Of a stretch of DNA of 64,000 nt, positions 62,607 to 64,000 are shown in pieces. This DNA comes from an uncultured archaeon. GTDB taxonomy: Archaea; Nanobdellota; Nanobdellia; Pacearchaeales; GW2011-AR1. A program made the position numbers and the translations under genes. Each line of letters starts with the position of its first letter. The first letter of the stretch is position 1. The notes beneath the pieces were generated by a model. It was given only the letters and a program-made list of their open reading frames with translations. It was not told the origin of the DNA and made no database searches. The DNA lies in contig CAWJRC010000002.1 of the NCBI GenBank assembly GCA_963845205.1, forward strand, positions 152,825 to 216,824. The letters run 5' to 3'.

Positions 62607-63809
62607 ATGCAAGATATAAAATTTGAAGTTATAAAGAAAATTAGTGAAGTTGGTTTTAGATATAAGAATTTGGCGAATATTTCAAAATTAGATAGCAATT
62701 CGCCTCCAACGGTTTTTATTGGAAGCAAACTGAAATACCCCCTTGTGAATGTTGGAATTCTTTCTCCTTTAGAGAGAGATGAAAATGCTTGGATTTACGA
62801 TGATTCAAAATATTGGGCTAATAATAATTTTCAGATTAATGACGTTTTGAAATTAAGAAATGGTTTACTCAATTCTAGATTTCAGTCAACTGTGCATGAC
62901 TCAAGAACGAATAAAAAATTTGTACAGATGGCACAGGAAATTGCGATTGCATCAAGACCAGTCGATTTGGAAATTGAATTAAAACATAGATTAAGCATAG
63001 GAAGAAACAAAGATCGAGTTTTGACCCCTCATGGAATGAGTGCGGGGCTGAAGGAAGCAAAGATAACAGGAAATGTTAAGATAAACCAGAATGTTGACAG
63101 AGTTATCAATGATGAAATAAAAGCATCTGAAGGGATGGAAACTTTGTATAAAAAAGGTTTTAATGAATATACATTGAATAAAATCCTTAGCGTTGGGGTT
63201 TTAGGATTGAAGAAGAATAAGAAACTTGTTCCAACAAGATGGAGCATAACTGCGACAGATGACACCTTGGGAAAATTGCTTCTTAAGAGAGTGAGAGATT
63301 ATCCCCCCATCGAGAATCCTGAATTATTCTTTGGGGAATTTCTGGGAAACCAGTATTTAATTATGCTTTTCCCTGGTATCTGGACTTATGAATTGTTTGA
63401 GCTGTATCTCCCGAGAAGCTCATGGAACCCTTCTGAAGAAATCAAAGCGTCTACTGATTATGAGGACTTTCATGGTAGAAAAGAATATGCGTCTGCGACA
63501 GTAGGGGGTTATTATGCTTCACGACTACCAATAATAGAATATTTGAATTCAATAAAGAGACAGGCTTCTATTCTTGTTATAAGGATTGAAACCCCTTCAT
63601 ATTGGGCTGCTTTAGGTGTTTGGGTTGTTAGGGAGAGTGTCAGAAAGGCACTTATGAATAAAATGAAATTTTCGGATGATAATGAATTGAAGGAAAGTAC
63701 AAAAAAAATAGGAAATATAAAATATAATTTTGATATTTCTGAAATTTTAAAAAAAAGCAAATTGTTAAATCAGATAAAAACTCAACGCAAATTGGGTGAA
63801 TGGTTTTAG
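62607..63809 (+). CDS. nreA: Nre-family (DUF650/DUF651) DNA repair protein with a C-terminal PIP box
   Basis: SPPTVFIGSKLKYPLVNVGILSP near the N-terminus. The C-terminal QRKLGEWF fits Qxx(L/I/M)xx(F/Y/W)(F/Y). tttaaata box 29 nt upstream. Confidence 0.6.
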   Translation: MQDIKFEVIKKISEVGFRYKNLANISKLDSNSPPTVFIGSKLKYPLVNVGILSPLERDENAWIYDDSKYWANNNFQINDVLKLRNGLLNSRFQSTVHDSRTNKKFVQMAQEIAIASRPVDLEIELKHRLSIGRNKDRVLTPHGMSAGLKEAKITGNVKINQNVDRVINDEIKASEGMETLYKKGFNEYTLNKILSVGVLGLKKNKKLVPTRWSITATDDTLGKLLLKRVRDYPPIENPELFFGEFLGNQYLIMLFPGIWTYELFELYLPRSSWNPSEEIKASTDYEDFHGRKEYASATVGGYYASRLPIIEYLNSIKRQASILVIRIETPSYWAALGVWVVRESVRKALMNKMKFSDDNELKESTKKIGNIKYNFDISEILKKSKLLNQIKTQRKLGEWF

Positions 63810-63813
63810 AAAT

Positions 63814-64000
63814 TTATTCCAAACTTTCTTCTGATTTTATTTCTGAATTTTCCCGTTCTTTCTTTTCTCGGTATTCTTCTAATCTTTTTTTATTAGATTC
63901 GCATTCGTTATTAAAACAAAAAATCCATGGCCTTTTTCCTTTGCTTAATCTCATTAGCATAGGGAAACCGCAGAATTCGCAAATTTTGTCTGTTTTTTTT
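63814..64000 (-). CDS. Partial CDS (3' end only): topoisomerase-IA-like C-terminal zinc ribbon
   Basis: The reverse strand reads ..KKTDKICEFCGFPMLMRLSKGKRPWIFCFNNECESNKKRLEEYREKKERENSEIKSEESLE*. The CxxC...CxxxC ribbon resembles TopA C-terminal modules. Truncated by the window edge. Confidence 0.35.
   Translation of the reverse strand, partial: KKTDKICEFCGFPMLMRLSKGKRPWIFCFNNECESNKKRLEEYREKKERENSEIKSEESLE

Noticed and set aside
1-64000. Possibility of an alternative genetic code (stop-codon reassignment), as seen in some reduced uncultured lineages.
   Set aside because: TAA, TAG and TGA each terminate well-conserved proteins at the expected lengths (for example gatB TGA, the DHH gene TAG, many TAA). 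No conserved gene shows in-frame stops.

Overview
Visibly AT-rich, very gene-dense archaeal chromosome segment with short spacers and many overlapping or abutting stop/start codons. I saw no rRNA, CRISPR array, transposase or integrase. The content is mostly information processing. Replication and repair genes are MCM, an RPA-like OB-fold protein, ATP-dependent DNA ligase, RadB, an NreA-like protein, a DHH phosphoesterase and a partial topoisomerase-like Zn ribbon. Transcription genes are TBP, TFE, RpoL and an MBF1-like factor. Translation is heavily represented. There are seven aminoacyl-tRNA synthetases (Asp, Pro, Ala, Leu, Gly, Met, Val). All five tRNA-amidotransferase subunits (GatC, GatA, GatB, GatD, GatE) are present. 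Also present are aIF1A, aIF2-beta, aRF1, eS17, eL15, NAC, Sec61-beta, EndA, Taw3, deoxyhypusine synthase and six tRNAs. Division and segregation genes are FtsZ, MinD and ScpB. The archaeal core, the compact proteins and the bacterial-type LeuRS and AlaRS suggest a small-genome DPANN-like archaeon; this is inference only. The best candidate for something undescribed is a tandem triad of small secreted cysteine-rich paralogues between mcm and tbp. Its first gene is broken at a homopolymer tract. Other points worth a second look follow. A rigid 28-29 nt spacing separates a TTTATAAA-like box from the ATG, which implies leaderless mRNAs. At four divergent gene pairs a single palindromic box sits exactly midway between the two ATGs. 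GatE appears to lack its insertion domain. Three unrelated genes separate gatD from gatE. MetRS is split, with a small gene interposed. GlyRS carries an appended basic N-terminal module. A glycosylation-sequon-rich transglutaminase-like protein is paired with a C39-like peptidase. A CAT-anticodon tRNA has a covarying elbow pair. Five plausible CDSs fall below the ORF-track size cutoff. Functional calls rest on motif recognition by eye; no database search was possible.
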